The position numbers and the translations under genes are program-made. Below the pieces are notes generated by a model that was given only the letters and a program-made list of their open reading frames with translations, did no database searches and had not been told where the DNA came from. From positions 1 through 64,000 of the forward strand of contig JBDHDE010000005.1 in the NCBI GenBank assembly GCA_039591655.1: a stretch of 64,000 nucleotides of DNA, written 5' to 3'. Positions 44,224 through 54,389 of the stretch are shown in pieces. The stretch is from Gemmatimonadota bacterium. GTDB lineage: Bacteria > Gemmatimonadota > Gemmatimonadetes > Gemmatimonadales > GWC2-71-9. Every line of letters starts with the position of its first letter. The stretch's first letter is position 1.

Positions 44224-44928
44224 GTGACCGCATTTCGCTCCCGCCTCGCTCTCGTCCTGGGGTTCGCCGCGCTGCCGGCGCCTGGGGAGCCACTCGTGCA
44301 TCCTGGCGCGGCCGGCGGAGCCGTCCACTTCGTCGAGACCTTCGAGGGCGACTGGCGTGACCGGTGGCGGGAGCGGCGCCTCGCTAACCGTACGACGCGC
44401 TATAAGGTCGTCGAGGACGGCGGCGGGACGGTGCTGCAGGCCGATAGTCGCGCGGGGGCCTCCGGGGTGTGGCGCCCCGTGACGGCGGAGGAGCCCGTGG
44501 CCGGACGCCTGGCGTGGCGCTGGAAGGTGGAGCACACGATCGCGGACAACGACCGCGAGCGGGAGCGCCGGGGCGACGACTACGCCGCGCGTGTGTTCGT
44601 GGTGTTCGACGGGGATTTCGCCAGTCGAAGGGCCAAGGCCGTGTGCTACGTGTGGGCAGCACGGGAGTCCGTGGGCAGTGTTTTCCCGAGCCCCTACACG
44701 GCGAACGTCGCCATGGTCGTGTTGGCGAGTGGGGACGACGAGGCCGGCGCATGGCGCCGCGAGGAGCGGGACGTCCTCGCCGACTACCGTGCCTTCTTCG
44801 GCGAGGACGCCGATGACGTCTCGGCGGTGGCGATCATGGTGGACACGGACAACACCGGGTCACGGGCGCGGTCGTACTTCGACGACGTGGAGCTGGAAAT
44901 CCGGACCGCCGTCGCGGACGCCCGGTAG
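44224..44928 (+). CDS. DUF3047-like secreted protein
   Basis: Signal peptide, then HFVETFEGDWRDRW...YKVVEDGGGTVLQADS...LAWRWKVE...DDYAARVFVVFDG, which resembles the DUF3047 family. Confidence 0.45.
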   Translation: MTAFRSRLALVLGFAALPAPGEPLVHPGAAGGAVHFVETFEGDWRDRWRERRLANRTTRYKVVEDGGGTVLQADSRAGASGVWRPVTAEEPVAGRLAWRWKVEHTIADNDRERERRGDDYAARVFVVFDGDFASRRAKAVCYVWAARESVGSVFPSPYTANVAMVVLASGDDEAGAWRREERDVLADYRAFFGEDADDVSAVAIMVDTDNTGSRARSYFDDVELEIRTAVADAR

Positions 44929-44960
44929 CCCGGCACCGGACCCACCGGTATCTTCGCTTC

Positions 44961-45242
44961 ATGGTTTCAGCCATCGTTCTTCTGAGCGTCGAGCGCGAAG
45001 GGATCAACGAGGTCGCGGAGCGTCTGGCGGGGCTGGACGGGGTGTCCGAGGTCTACTCGGTCGCCGGACGGTACGACCTAGTCGCGATCCTCCGGGTGAG
45101 CACGAACGAGCAGCTCGCTGACCTCGTGACCGGGAAAATGCTCAAGCTCGACGGGATCAGGGACACCGAGACGCTAATCGCGTTTCGGGCCTACTCCCGC
45201 CACGATCTCGAAGCCGCCTTCACACTGGGCCCCCCGAAGTAA
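44961..45242 (+). CDS. Stand-alone Lrp/AsnC-type ligand-binding (RAM) domain protein
   Basis: 93 aa; VSEVYSVAGRYDLVAILRVSTNEQLADLV..KMLKLDGIRDTETLIAF matches the AsnC C-terminal domain fold. Confidence 0.5.
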   Translation: MVSAIVLLSVEREGINEVAERLAGLDGVSEVYSVAGRYDLVAILRVSTNEQLADLVTGKMLKLDGIRDTETLIAFRAYSRHDLEAAFTLGPPK

Positions 45243-45258
45243 CCCTGGGAGCGGGGCC

Positions 45259-45492
45259 TCAGGGCTGCCGCGCGATCGAATCCTCCCGGGCGCGCCGGGC
45301 GGCCGCCGAGTCTGCGGCCCGCACGGCGCCGCGAACACCGCCGGCGCCGGGGAGCCTGGACTCACCGATGGCGCTGTCGATCTGCCGTGTCGTCATCGTG
45401 TCCAGCGCCTCGGCCTGTCGCTCCTCCTCACTCTTCTCGGCACAGGACGCGAGGAACAAGAGACCAACGAGGAGAAGGCATCGCATCGTCAC
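45259..45492 (-). CDS. Small lipoprotein, hypothetical
   Basis: MTMRCLLLVGLLFLASCAEK lipobox. Confidence 0.35.
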   Translation of the reverse strand: MTMRCLLLVGLLFLASCAEKSEEERQAEALDTMTTRQIDSAIGESRLPGAGGVRGAVRAADSAAARRAREDSIARQP

Positions 45493-45515
45493 CTCCTGGC
45501 GCTTGGCGCCTTCAG

Positions 45516-47966
45516 TTACCAGGTGCGTAGCCTGACGGCCTCGCTCCGCACCCGCTCCCAGATATGGCTCCGCACCTGCTCGACTCCTCGGGCGAATGCC
45601 GGGTCATGGCGCACGCCGTCGAAGAGCCGCGATTGCAGCACCCGAATCTCGATCCCGCTGGGCGACAGCTCGTAGGCCGTGGTCAGCCAACGCAGCGCTG
45701 CTTCGGCGTCCCCCGTCCACGCGTAGTACGACGCGAGGTCCTCGGCGCGGGTAACGTCGGTGAACGTCGGGTCTCCCGCCGTGCCCTGGGCCACTGCCGC
45801 TTCCACCGAGTCGATGATTGCAGCGGCCTCGTCCACCCGGCCCAGCGTGTGCAGGCACGTGGCGCGAATGGCCGCGTGGGGGCCCAGCCGCATGGACGCG
45901 CAGCGTTCCGCGTCGCCGTTGAGCAGATGGGCGCGGGCCTCGATGGCACGGGGAAGGACTAGCTCGGGCTCGAGAGCCCCCGCGATTTGCGCCTCTCGAA
46001 TGGCGACCGCGTAGCGTCCGTTGCCGAGTGCCTCGTACGCGAGGGCGAGGCGACGTCCGGGCGACTGCGGGTCCAACGCCACGGCCCGCTCCGACTCGGC
46101 GAACGCGGAGTCGATCCGCCCCGCCGCGGCCAGCGGCCGGCTGCACCAACTCGGGCCGTCGGGGTCGCTGGGCTCGAGCTCGAGGATGCGCTCGCAATCC
46201 GCGGAGACGTCTGCTAGGGGCGCGCCGGAGCGGCTCGCGATGTAGGCCCGCGACGCATAACCGTCGGCGAGCTCGGGATCGAGCTCGGTTGCCCGATCGG
46301 CCAGGGCGAGTGCCATGCCCGCGGCCAGGTACCCTTGCAGGTTGACGCGGTACCTGTATGCCAGTGAGAGCGCGTATGCCTGGGAGAGGCCGGCGTACGC
46401 CGGGGCGAAGCCGGAGTCGTTGGCGATCGCCTGGCTGTAGGCCGCGATCGCCCGGGCAACGGCCGGCGCCGTGCGGCGCGGCAGCCAATGGTGCCCGATG
46501 AGGTAGGCATCGCGCCCGGCGCTCGGTTGTGCCGGCGCCGCCTCCGGCCGCGGCGCGATCCCACCAATGTTCTCGGCCACCGCCGCGCCGATCCAGCGGG
46601 CGATCTCCTGGTCGGCCACGGTGATGTCGGCGACCTCACGCGTCTCGTTCCACAGGTGCGCGTCCGACTGGGCGTCCACGAGCCAGGCGTTCACGACCGT
46701 GTGATCGGCCCGCCGGCGCAGCTGGGCCTCGACGATCAGCCGGACCTTGAGGGTGTCGGCGAGTTGGGGCGTGGTGAGCCTCGCGTCGGCGAGGGCCTCG
46801 ACCGAGTGGAGGGAGATCACCTTGAGCCGGTCGATGCGTGTGAGGTAAGCGATGATGTCGTGGGTGATCGCGTGGGACACCTGCTGGAGCGCGGTGTCAC
46901 CGGTCAGATTCTCGACCACCGTCACCGCCAGCGAGTCGACGTAGCCTGTGCCGGCGCTCGCCGCAGTGCCACCGCTGCGCCAGGGCTGCCACCAGAACAC
47001 CAGAATCACGCCCAGCACGGCGGCGACCGCGCCGGTGAACCAGCGTCTGGTGTGGGCGAAGCGGATCCGCCGGTGTGGCCTGGCCGGCAGCAGGTCGCCG
47101 GTCTGGGGCGTCGTCCAGAGTGTCGCGCCGCCGTACGCCTGCGCCAGCGCCTCAGCGAAGGCCCGGGCGCTCTGGTACCGGTCCGTGCGGCTCTTCTGCA
47201 AGGCTCGTCCGATGACCTGCTCTACCTCCACCGGCGTTGAGCGGCGCAGCGCGCGGAGCGATGGCACGGGATCCACCAGGTGGCGGGCCAGAGTGCCTTG
47301 GGTCGATTGGGCCTGAAACGGGGGCTCGCCGCCGATCATCTCGTACAGCACGCAGGCCAGCGCGTAGATATCGGTGCGGCCGTCCAGATCCCCGTCCCCG
47401 GAGGCCTGCTCCGGGCTCATGTAGGCCGGCGTGCCCAGCGTCGTTCCCGCCTCGGTGATCGGCTCCACCCCCGCCGCGGTGATGGCGCGCGCGATGCCGA
47501 AGTCGGCCACCAGCGCGTGCTCGTCGTGCAGCAGGATGTTCTCTGGCTTGATGTCCCGGTGCACCACGTTGTGCTGATGGGCATAGTCCAGTGCGCGGGC
47601 GACCTGATGGGCGATCCCTACGGCCTCCTCCAGGGGAAGCTGCTTCCCGCGCCGCAGCCGCCGCCGCAGTGATTCGCCCGCCACGTACGGCATCACGTAG
47701 TACAGCAGGCCTCCGGCTTCCCCCGCGGCGAAGATGGGGACCACGTGCGGGTGGGTGAGGCTGGATGCGACGTCGACTTCCCGAAGGAACCGCTCTCGCC
47801 CGATACGCGCCGTGAGCCCGGGGTCGAGCACCTTGATCGCCACTTGTCGGGAGGGATGGCTCTCCCGCGCCAGATAGACTGTGGCGGCGCCCCCACGGCC
47901 GATGAGGCCTTCGATGGTATAGCGCTCGGGCAGCGCCTCTTGCAGGCGATCGCGCAGGTCGTTCAC
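45516..47966 (-). CDS. Ser/Thr protein kinase with TM and C-terminal TPR-like region (GTG start proposed at 47966)
   Basis: IGRGGAATVYLARE, AIKVL, HRDIKPENILL, DFGIAR, GTPAYMSPEQ. The ORF-track N-terminal extension up to 48707 overlaps the upstream gene and is rejected. Confidence 0.75.
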   Translation of the reverse strand: MNDLRDRLQEALPERYTIEGLIGRGGAATVYLARESHPSRQVAIKVLDPGLTARIGRERFLREVDVASSLTHPHVVPIFAAGEAGGLLYYVMPYVAGESLRRRLRRGKQLPLEEAVGIAHQVARALDYAHQHNVVHRDIKPENILLHDEHALVADFGIARAITAAGVEPITEAGTTLGTPAYMSPEQASGDGDLDGRTDIYALACVLYEMIGGEPPFQAQSTQGTLARHLVDPVPSLRALRRSTPVEVEQVIGRALQKSRTDRYQSARAFAEALAQAYGGATLWTTPQTGDLLPARPHRRIRFAHTRRWFTGAVAAVLGVILVFWWQPWRSGGTAASAGTGYVDSLAVTVVENLTGDTALQQVSHAITHDIIAYLTRIDRLKVISLHSVEALADARLTTPQLADTLKVRLIVEAQLRRRADHTVVNAWLVDAQSDAHLWNETREVADITVADQEIARWIGAAVAENIGGIAPRPEAAPAQPSAGRDAYLIGHHWLPRRTAPAVARAIAAYSQAIANDSGFAPAYAGLSQAYALSLAYRYRVNLQGYLAAGMALALADRATELDPELADGYASRAYIASRSGAPLADVSADCERILELEPSDPDGPSWCSRPLAAAGRIDSAFAESERAVALDPQSPGRRLALAYEALGNGRYAVAIREAQIAGALEPELVLPRAIEARAHLLNGDAERCASMRLGPHAAIRATCLHTLGRVDEAAAIIDSVEAAVAQGTAGDPTFTDVTRAEDLASYYAWTGDAEAALRWLTTAYELSPSGIEIRVLQSRLFDGVRHDPAFARGVEQVRSHIWERVRSEAVRLRTW

Positions 47967-48037
47967 GGTCGTAACGATAGGTTCCGGTGCGGCAGGGGTC
48001 CAGATGCCCGATAGGCGGGCAGGCGGAGGCGACGCGG

Positions 48038-50386
48038 CTATGCCGGTGGCACCCGGGCCGGTGGAGCGGCACGGTACAGCGCGACCGCTGCGCCGTATGC
48101 GACCGCCGCCACCAGCCAAAGCGTCCGCGCCCCGGCCTGGAGAGCGATGAGGGCTGCGAGCGGCGCGGCGACCACCGACGCGAAGCCGTTCGCCGCCCAG
48201 GCCCACGCCAGTCGCACGGTATCGTCTCCGGCGAGACGTCTCAGCCCCAGCGCGAAAGGCATGCCCATGACGAACGCCAGCGGTGCGAGAACCACGGCGG
48301 CCACGGCGCACCGGGCCGCTAGCGGTGCGCCCTGGAAGCGGTGCACGAGGGGGAGCACGGTGACCGCGCACATCGAGAGGAGCAGGGCGAGCGCCGCGGC
48401 GGCGCGCCAGCCCAGGCCCGCCGGGACGCGATCCGACCACATACTGCCCAGGCCGGAGCCGATGAGGAGGGCGGTCAGGACTGCCACTACCGCGTAGACG
48501 GGGTGGCCGAGGAGTAGGCTCAGCTGTTGGATGGCGACGATCTCGGCCGCGAGGTACGCCACACCGAGAGCACCGAAGTAGGCGATGACGGGCAGCAGCT
48601 GCAGGCCGACCCTCGACCGGGTGCGCACGACGGTCGGCAGCAATAGACAGAGGCCGGCGAGGACGACGCTCTGGACCATGGTGGCGACGAGGGCGACGTA
48701 CCCCCACTCGGCGAACGGGAGCCAGTCACCCTGATCGCTCGTCATGAACGACCGCAAAGAGCCGCCTCGCAGGAAGTGGTGCGGGTACGGTCGGTCATCG
48801 GTGGCTGGTGCCACCCAGAACGGATAGGCGGCGGCGAATCGAGTCGCGGCTTGCCGCCCGGCGACCGCCGCTTGCGCCGCGCGGAACAGGGTGGGCTCGT
48901 CGAGCCGATGAAACGCGCTCTCGGGAGCGTCCAGGCCCGGCGCCCAGTCGAGATCGAACCGGCGGTCGACGGCCCACTGACGCAGCGCGGCCACGTCCCC
49001 CGGTGTGAATCCGGCGGGCTTGATGAGCGTCGTGGCGGTGCCCCACGAGCGCACCACCAACAGGCCCTGCGTGACGCCTCCGGGGGACACCCGTCGCAGC
49101 GCCTCGGCCGCGGTGAGGATCACCCGCACATTGGCGCGGGGGGGGACCGAGAGCCAGCGGGTCACGGCCAACACGCCCCCGTCGGTGAGGATCTGCAGGT
49201 AGCGGACGTAAGCCTCCACGGTGTGTGCGAAGTCCTCGCCGAGAGCGTGCACGCCAGCCACGGCGGAGCCCGGCCCCCCGGCGGGGCCGATGCTCACCAC
49301 ATCGAACGACTCAGGGACCCGTGCCACGAGGGAGCGTGCGTCGGCCACCGCCCAGGACACACGCCTGCCGGCGGTCGAGGAGAACGGCGCATACGCCTGC
49401 GTCAGCTCCACCACATGGGGAACGAGCTCGACCGCAGTCACCCGGCCGGCGCCGTGGGCCAGGGCGTTCCATGCCTCCGTTCCGCCTCCGTCGTTCAGGA
49501 CCAGCACGCGCCTCGGCGGTCCGAGGGCGTAGGGAAGGGCCGAGGGCAGCCAGTCCGTGAGAGCGAGCGCGGCGCTGTCGCTCTCGAATCGGGAGGCCGC
49601 GCCCACGATGTCGCCGTCCACCATCAGGGCGAGTTGCGGGGGGAATTCCCCGCGGTAGGAGAGCGAGAGTCCCGGGGCGTGGCGGAACGCTGGGGCCTCC
49701 ACGGCCACCGTCCATCCCAGCGGCGCCGAGCGTTCGGCGAGCCGCACTGCATCGGGAAACGCCTCCACCTGCGGCAGTGCCTTGTACGGGGTGATATCCA
49801 ATCGCCACGGGGGCCACACGGCCGCTGCGAGCCCCACGAGCATCGCCACCGCTGCGAGAGCCGTAACTCCGGGGGTGCGGGGCGGGGCACGACCGGCGGC
49901 CACGGCTCCCGCTCCGGCGAGCACTGCCGGAATCGCGAGAGCCTCGAGCGGGGGCATCTGCCAGAGGACGCCCGTGGCGAGCAGCGCTCCCGCCCCGGAG
50001 CCGAGGAAACTCGCGCCGTAGATGCGGCCCGGCCGCCGCCCGGCGAGCCCGAGCCCCAGCAGTACGGGGAGAGCGCCGACGCCGAACGGCAGGGCCAGCA
50101 GAAGATAGACGAGCCCCAGGCGGGGCCACTGCGCGAAGTTCCAGGCGAGCTGCGTAGGATCGACCCCGATGCGGTCGGCCACCGCTGGCGCCGCGATCAA
50201 CGCGAAGGCGGTCAAGGCAGCGGAGCGCCCGAACCACCGGTCGGCGCGCGCGGTCTCGAGCCGCCCCACCAGCGTGAGCAGAGTGCCGGCTGCCCCGAAG
50301 CCGAGCATGGCCACCCCGATGGCCATGTAGGCGAAGTGGTAGAACTGCTCGATGGCGAAGACCCGAACCAGGAGGATCTCGTACAT
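48038..50386 (-). CDS. Fused polytopic membrane domain + spermidine synthase-like (PABS) aminopropyltransferase domain protein
   Basis: About 12 TM N-terminal half, then LNDGGGTEAWNAL...VTAVELVPHVVELTQ...FDVVSIG (PABS/SAM fold). Start set at ATG 50386; the ORF-track start at 50674 would overlap the upstream PCMT gene. Confidence 0.55.
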   Translation of the reverse strand: MYEILLVRVFAIEQFYHFAYMAIGVAMLGFGAAGTLLTLVGRLETARADRWFGRSAALTAFALIAAPAVADRIGVDPTQLAWNFAQWPRLGLVYLLLALPFGVGALPVLLGLGLAGRRPGRIYGASFLGSGAGALLATGVLWQMPPLEALAIPAVLAGAGAVAAGRAPPRTPGVTALAAVAMLVGLAAAVWPPWRLDITPYKALPQVEAFPDAVRLAERSAPLGWTVAVEAPAFRHAPGLSLSYRGEFPPQLALMVDGDIVGAASRFESDSAALALTDWLPSALPYALGPPRRVLVLNDGGGTEAWNALAHGAGRVTAVELVPHVVELTQAYAPFSSTAGRRVSWAVADARSLVARVPESFDVVSIGPAGGPGSAVAGVHALGEDFAHTVEAYVRYLQILTDGGVLAVTRWLSVPPRANVRVILTAAEALRRVSPGGVTQGLLVVRSWGTATTLIKPAGFTPGDVAALRQWAVDRRFDLDWAPGLDAPESAFHRLDEPTLFRAAQAAVAGRQAATRFAAAYPFWVAPATDDRPYPHHFLRGGSLRSFMTSDQGDWLPFAEWGYVALVATMVQSVVLAGLCLLLPTVVRTRSRVGLQLLPVIAYFGALGVAYLAAEIVAIQQLSLLLGHPVYAVVAVLTALLIGSGLGSMWSDRVPAGLGWRAAAALALLLSMCAVTVLPLVHRFQGAPLAARCAVAAVVLAPLAFVMGMPFALGLRRLAGDDTVRLAWAWAANGFASVVAAPLAALIALQAGARTLWLVAAVAYGAAVALYRAAPPARVPPA

Positions 50387-50445
50387 CAGCGTGCCGGCCG
50401 CCACGAGGCCGACCGCCAACGCTCGGGACGTGCCGCTTGAGTGGC

Positions 50446-51225
50446 TCAGCGCAGGCCCTGCAACATGGGGACGAACCGTACGGGGAGGAGATTCCGGGTC
50501 GTGACCTCGCCGGCCGCGTCCTTCTCCACGAGGATCAGGTTTTGCACCCCGTAGACGCTTCCCACCGGGATCACCATTCGCCCGCCGGGCTTGAGTTGCT
50601 CCACCAGCGCCGGCGGGATGTAGCCGGCGGCTGCAGTGACGATCACGGCGTCGAAGGGCGCTGCCTCCGGCCAACCGAAATGCCCGTCGGCGTGGCGCAC
50701 AGTGGCGTTGGCGTAGCCGAGCCGCGCGAGGCGCTCCCGGGCGCTGGTGGCCAGCGCGCCGTAGATCTCCATGGTGTGGACCGCGACATCCAGCGCAGCC
50801 AGGACGGCCGCCTGGTATCCCGAGCCGGTGCCCACTTCGAGCACACGCATGCCGGCGCGGACCCGAAGCGCCTCGGTCATGTAGGCGACGATGTAGGGCT
50901 GAGAGATCGTCTGGCCGTGTCCGATGGGCAGTGGATGGTCGCCGTAGGCGCGATGGCGGTGCTGCTGGGGGACGAACTCGTGACGCGGGACGGCGCGCAT
51001 CGCCCGGAGCGTCGCCGTGTCGCGCACGCCGTACGAGGCGATGAGCGATACCATGTTCTCGCGCTGCTCGCGGTACCGCTCGGTGGGCTCCTGGGCGGAG
51101 ACCGGGACGGCACCCGCAAGAGCCAGCAGCACGAAAAGCTGGCGGAGCAGCGCCTTGAGGGAGATGGTGCCGCTACGACCCGGCCAGCGATCTGAGCACC
51201 CGCTTGTCCAGTCGGTGTCCTCCAT
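50446..51225 (-). CDS. pcm: Protein-L-isoaspartate O-methyltransferase with N-terminal signal peptide (start uncertain)
   Basis: GHGQTISQPYIVAYMTE, VLEVGTGSGYQAAVLA, FDAVIVTAAA (PCMT signature). N-terminal LLALAGAVPVSAQEP. Confidence 0.75.
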   Translation of the reverse strand: MEDTDWTSGCSDRWPGRSGTISLKALLRQLFVLLALAGAVPVSAQEPTERYREQRENMVSLIASYGVRDTATLRAMRAVPRHEFVPQQHRHRAYGDHPLPIGHGQTISQPYIVAYMTEALRVRAGMRVLEVGTGSGYQAAVLAALDVAVHTMEIYGALATSARERLARLGYANATVRHADGHFGWPEAAPFDAVIVTAAAGYIPPALVEQLKPGGRMVIPVGSVYGVQNLILVEKDAAGEVTTRNLLPVRFVPMLQGLR

Positions 51226-51820
51226 TGAATTGGACCGTCTCGAAGGGGATGTCTTTTTCCAACAGCCACGTCTCCAGCTCCTCGAGCTTGCCGGTGTCGA
51301 GCTGCGGATCTCTGGTGCCCACCACGAACGTGAGTCGCGAGTCCTCGAGCTTGCCCCATGCCATCCCGAGGTCGAGGTCGGGTGGCAACATGCCGCACCA
51401 CAGTATCAAGCGGTCGGCGACGACCGATCCATGTGTGACCCAGCGTACTGCTGTGGCGACGCCCTGAGAGAATCCCAGCACGTGAACGGTGACCGCACTG
51501 CGATCGATTGCGCCGAGCACATGCCGATACAACCCGTCCAGGTAGGTCACGTAATCGGAGATCTCGGCGAGCCGGTCTTCTCGGGTCATCCAGCTCGCCC
51601 CCACCACCCGCTCCGTGTGGTCCGTGTAGTAGCGGGAGAGGCCCTCCGGCGCCACGATGAGTCGGCGGCCGTCATCCAGCGGGGCGAAGTGCGCCAGGAA
51701 CTCCTGGGCCAACTGTCCGTATCCGTGGCACACGAACCAGACCTGGCGCACGTCGTGGTTCGGAGTGCCCAGCGTGAAGTAGCGGGCGGTGCGCGACACC
51801 GGGAAGTGGTGTTGCTGCAT
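51173..51820 (-). CDS. Alpha/beta hydrolase, phospholipase/carboxylesterase family (predicted esterase)
   Basis: VWFVCHGYGQLAQEF...VHVLGFSQGVATA (GFSQG nucleophile elbow) ...GGHRLD. Confidence 0.6.
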   Translation of the reverse strand: MQQHHFPVSRTARYFTLGTPNHDVRQVWFVCHGYGQLAQEFLAHFAPLDDGRRLIVAPEGLSRYYTDHTERVVGASWMTREDRLAEISDYVTYLDGLYRHVLGAIDRSAVTVHVLGFSQGVATAVRWVTHGSVVADRLILWCGMLPPDLDLGMAWGKLEDSRLTFVVGTRDPQLDTGKLEELETWLLEKDIPFETVQFNGGHRLDKRVLRSLAGS

Positions 51821-51896
51821 GAGGCCAACTTACGGCCAGGGCCCGGGTTGGGCGAGAGGCTGCGGGGGCATCAGGGCTCCAGCCGGAGCGCGCAGC

Positions 51897-52516
51897 TCAC
51901 GGCGCGCACTGCACCAGCACCGTTGCGATCTCGTAAGGACTCAGTGACACGCGGAGCGTCCGGCCGTTCACCGGCAGTGATTCCTCCGCATCCTCCAGGA
52001 GATTCGCCGCGTGCGCCTCGGCGACGTCGCAGTGCACTGTCACCCGGACATCGGCGCTCGCACCGTGCCACTCCACGAGCCGCAGCACGAGGCGCTCCGT
52101 CCGCTGCCCAAGCCCCGTGCCACGACGTTCGCCCACACCCGCTGACCGTTCACCAAGGCCACCAGGTCGTCGTCGCTGTCCATGACCAGGAGCACCGTGC
52201 GCTCCTTCGGCGCGTAGACATAGGTGTGGGCGTAGGCCACGTTCCAGTCGGCGGCCGTGGCGAAGACGTCGTTGAGGTTCAGCCCGCCCAGAGAGTCGGC
52301 GGTCCACCGCACGAACCCCCCTGCGGCGACTGTGTCCTCCACATCCGGCAGGATGGTCGCCTCGCCGGAGAGATAGTCCGTGAGCACTCCCGTCCGACCG
52401 GTGTCGGCGGGAATGGGGCCGCGGATCAGCCACTCGTGAACGATGAGGTCCTGTGCCGCTCCCGGACGGGCAAGCGCCAGGAGCGAGACTAGCAGCAGCG
52501 GTAGATGGCGTCGCAC
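51897..52516 (-). pseudogene. Secreted hypothetical protein disrupted by a single-base frameshift near 52105-52125 (or sequencing error)
   Basis: Two overlapping ORFs (52040-52891 and 51897-52577) in adjacent frames. Frame 1 is protein-like up to ...VNGQRVWANVVARGLG; frame 2 is protein-like only after GLGQRTERLVLRLVEWHG.... Signal peptide RRHLPLLLVSLLALARPGAAQD with a putative GTG start at 52516. Confidence 0.45.
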
Positions 52517-52631
52517 CGTCGCCTCGCCGGCTGAGAGGTTGCTCGGGCGGCGTCGGACATCGACGCCGCCCAAGCATGTCTGGGCGCCTTGGGGAGAAGT
52601 TACCGTGCGGCGCGGCTCACTGTGAGAGCAG

Positions 52632-53780
52632 TTAGAACCGGGCGCTGAGCAACGTGAACTGCGCCGCCGGCCGCGTGCGAATCGCGCCCTGCCGGTCGAT
52701 GACCTGGACGGTTGCAGGCCTGGGCATCGGGAAATCCAACTCGAGGCCCCGGTCCCAGTTGAGGAGCGAGCCGTGGAGCGTGCCGCGGCTCGCCTCGCTG
52801 CGGGACGGCTCCCCGGGAGCCGTGACCACGACACCGGCGGCCAGTCCCACCGTGGCCCCGAGGGTCGGCAGCAGCACGGCGGTCTGGTCATCGTCCACGG
52901 AGAGCAGCAGATCGAGGCCGAAGCCCCCCAACAGCCCGGCCAGACCCGCGATGCTCACCAGGCGGACCCTCCCAGGGCTGGGATTCCACGATCGCGCCAG
53001 GGGGATGCCGGCCACCAGAGCCACGTCCCCGCCGATCAGCGTCCAGGTGAGAAGGGCGTCATCTTCCGCCTCGGCCAGGATCCCCCCGGCGAGCCCGTAC
53101 CAGGTGCCCCACAGGGCGGCGTGGTTCACCAACTCGATGTGGCTCTCCGGAATGTCGGTGAGCCGGGTGATGACGAGGCCGGTGCCCAGCCCGGCGAGCC
53201 CCCCGACGAGGGCCGCAGCGAAAGGCGCCGTCTCGGAGGTGATGCAGCCGAACTCGGTGCAGTCGTCCCCGATGTCGAGGACCTGCTGCCATCCCACCCC
53301 CTGCCAGGTGCCCCACATCTCGGCGAAGTTGATCACCCCCGCCTGGCCCTTGCTCATGGGGTTGTTGCGGGCGTAGACGCTGGACCAGAAGAACCCGGTG
53401 GGTCCGCCGAGCAGCAGGCCCAGGCCAAACGGCTCGGGGTCCTCCGCCCCGAAAGCGGCTGGAACCGCTACCCCCAGCCATGCCCCGAACAGGGTTTGGA
53501 AGACGATGAAACGGGTGCGTCCCTCGGTCGCCGTGCGGGTTCTGCGCAGCTCGGCCAGCCAATCCTCAGCATCGGTGGCTGCGGGAGTCCCGGGATAGTG
53601 CCGCACGATGAAGAGCAGCAGCTCCTCGAGCGTCTCCCAGGCGCGCTCCTGCTCGAGAACGCGTGCGACGTCGATGAGGACCGCGGCGGTGTCGGCGGGT
53701 GTTTCCTGGGCAGCGGCCGGTGCCGCACTGGCCACACATACGGCGAGCCCCAGGCCGGCCAGAAGATGTCGCATCTTCAT
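52632..53780 (-). CDS. Hypothetical secreted/outer-membrane protein (signal peptide, Gly/Trp-rich, C-terminal Phe)
   Basis: MKMRHLLAGLGLAVCVASAAPAAAQE signal; ends ...FTLLSARF. Confidence 0.4.
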   Translation of the reverse strand: MKMRHLLAGLGLAVCVASAAPAAAQETPADTAAVLIDVARVLEQERAWETLEELLLFIVRHYPGTPAATDAEDWLAELRRTRTATEGRTRFIVFQTLFGAWLGVAVPAAFGAEDPEPFGLGLLLGGPTGFFWSSVYARNNPMSKGQAGVINFAEMWGTWQGVGWQQVLDIGDDCTEFGCITSETAPFAAALVGGLAGLGTGLVITRLTDIPESHIELVNHAALWGTWYGLAGGILAEAEDDALLTWTLIGGDVALVAGIPLARSWNPSPGRVRLVSIAGLAGLLGGFGLDLLLSVDDDQTAVLLPTLGATVGLAAGVVVTAPGEPSRSEASRGTLHGSLLNWDRGLELDFPMPRPATVQVIDRQGAIRTRPAAQFTLLSARF

Positions 53781-53978
53781 GGTCTCTCCTCCGCCGGCTG
53801 GGAGGGTGCCGGCTGTTTGTCACCGGCGAGCCAATCTGGGCGCCGGTGGCAAGCAGGCGTCAAGCAGCCGTGCTGCCGGCCCCGTGTCGGGTCGGCAGCG
53901 CGTATGGAAATACCCTTGCTGTTGGGAGCGGTTCCGGAGCCGCGGCTATGAGGCCGGCGGAGGAGCTCCCCCCGGCCT

Positions 53979-54389
53979 CTAGGAGGCTGTTCCTTGGAGC
54001 ACCCGCTCCATGCGGGAGCGCACTTCCTGGGCCACGGGCTCCATGGCCTCGATCCCCGCGATGCCCAGCTGCTTCACCGGATCGAGCGCGGCCACCACGC
54101 ACTTGTTGGGGTCGTCTGCGGCGTACACGATGACGTTGCAGGGAAGGAGCAGCCCGATGTCCCGCTCCGTGGAGAGGGCCTGGTGCGCCAGCGGCGGGTT
54201 GCACGCTCCCAGGATCACGTAGGGCCGGAAGTCCACGTCCAGCTTCTTCTTGAGTGTTGCCTTGACGTTGATCTCGGTCAGGACGCCGAAGCCCTCCTTG
54301 CTCAGCTCCTCGCGGACCCGCTCCACTGCCTCGTCGTACGGCAGGTCCACTGTGACGCTCAGTCCATACTCGGTCGTCTGCTGCACCAT
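53979..54389 (-). CDS. DUF302 domain protein
   Basis: MVQQTTEYGLSVTVDLPYDEAVERVREELSKEGFGVLTEINVKATLKKKLDVDFRPYVILGACNP matches DUF302. Start at ATG 54389; the upstream extension is rejected. Confidence 0.65.
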   Translation of the reverse strand: MVQQTTEYGLSVTVDLPYDEAVERVREELSKEGFGVLTEINVKATLKKKLDVDFRPYVILGACNPPLAHQALSTERDIGLLLPCNVIVYAADDPNKCVVAALDPVKQLGIAGIEAMEPVAQEVRSRMERVLQGTAS

